From assembly GCF_004010195.1 (NCBI RefSeq), contig NC_057751.1, positions 4,239,137 through 4,303,136 of the forward strand: 64,000 bases of DNA, written 5' to 3'. This DNA is from Chiloscyllium plagiosum. Taxonomy: Eukaryota. Positions 63,144 through 64,000 of the stretch are shown one piece after another. Every line of letters starts with the position of its first letter. Position 1 is the stretch's first letter. The notes below the pieces were generated by a model. The model saw nothing but the letters and a program-made list of their open reading frames with translations, was not told the DNA's origin and made no database searches. Position numbers and translations under genes: made by a program.

Positions 63144-63268
63144 GCCACGTCCGGATTATTTTTACCGCTGCTTCCCGGATGGAGTGGTAACGGAGGACAT
63201 GCAATGTACCGGTGACCCCGGCTCCATCATGGAGGGCCGGAAGAGCTTTCCCAGTGGTCACTCCTCCT
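63144..63268 (+). CDS. PLPP5: PLPP5 coding exon: [41 protein letters not shown]; gene continues beyond the window
   Basis: ctgcag|G...T|gtaagt, 125 nt; PAP2 motif C2 PSGH. PLPP5 is preferred over PLPP4 because of SGHSS, EEMW, CLAASL and linkage to STAR/ASH2L. Confidence 0.93.
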
Positions 63269-64000
63269 GTAAGTACAACTGACCACACGTCCATTAGGTA
63301 ACCGCGGAGACACATCCACGATATCCCCGCCCGCCTGGATCCTTCATTGTCCTCCTTCATGGGATGTGGGGTTTGCTGGTTACCTGTCCCTAATTGCCCT
63401 GGAGAAGGTGGTGGGGGAGCGCTGACTCCTTAAATCACTTCAGTCCTTCGGGTGGAAGTTGAGCCAGAATGCTATTTGGGAGGGTTTTTGAGGATTTACA
63501 CTCAACAGGATCAAAACAATGCTGATAGCCAGCTCAGGTCTCTCTGCTACTCTTGTCCCTCGAAATCCTCAAAATTGTGGGTTTGGAAGGTGCTGTCTGA
63601 GGATCTTTGGTGAATTAATGCAGTGCATCATGTAGATGGTACACACTGCTGCTACTGAGGGTCGGTGATGTATGGAGTGAACACTTGTGGATGTGGTGCC
63701 ACTCAAGCGGGGGCTGCTTTGTTCTGGATGGTGTTAAGCTGCTTGCGTGTTATTGGAGCTGCCCCCATCCAGGCAAGTGGGGAGTATTCCATCCCACTCC
63801 TGCCTTGTGGATGATGGACAGGCTTTGGGGAGTACTCACTGCAGTATTCTTACCCTCTCACCTGCTCTTAAAGCCACAATATCGAACTTGGAACATGACA
63901 GCGCAGCACAGGCCCTTGGCCCTCGACGTTGTGCCGACCTGTGGAACCAATCTGAAGACCATCTAACCTACACTATTCCATTCTCGTACATATGTTTATT

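Overview
Vertebrate genomic DNA, very probably from a shark (inferred from HE1-type V-SINEs sharing a 3' tail with abundant CR1/HER1-type LINEs). Three protein-coding genes can be rebuilt exon by exon from GT-AG sites, with consistent reading frames: (1) the last four coding exons of ASH2L (+, 4539-7653, AATAAA at 8245); (2) a complete 7-exon StAR gene (-, 33964-17452, 284 aa, TATA box at 34023-34029); (3) the first five coding exons of PLPP5/PPAPDC1B (+, 59391-63268), probably driven from a CpG island at ~53630-54800. Most of the rest is degenerate, often nested retroelements (CR1, Rex/Babar, Tx1, V-SINE, DeuSINE-like, solo-LTR-like). The most striking unannotated signal is about 12 copies, in three sequence families, of short elements carrying a minimal hammerhead-ribozyme core (CUGANGA-stem II-GAAA-palindrome-UH) of the kind known from Penelope-like elements. 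Some are flanked by 14-15 bp direct repeats and three occur as inverted (palindromic) pairs. Also notable: a 42-bp minisatellite that reiterates the StAR exon-5 splice donor five times, an ARE/Pumilio module next to the distal StAR poly(A) signal, and a gene order (PLPP5 rather than LSM1 next to StAR) that differs from human. Repeat boundaries are approximate and read by eye. No database searches were run.
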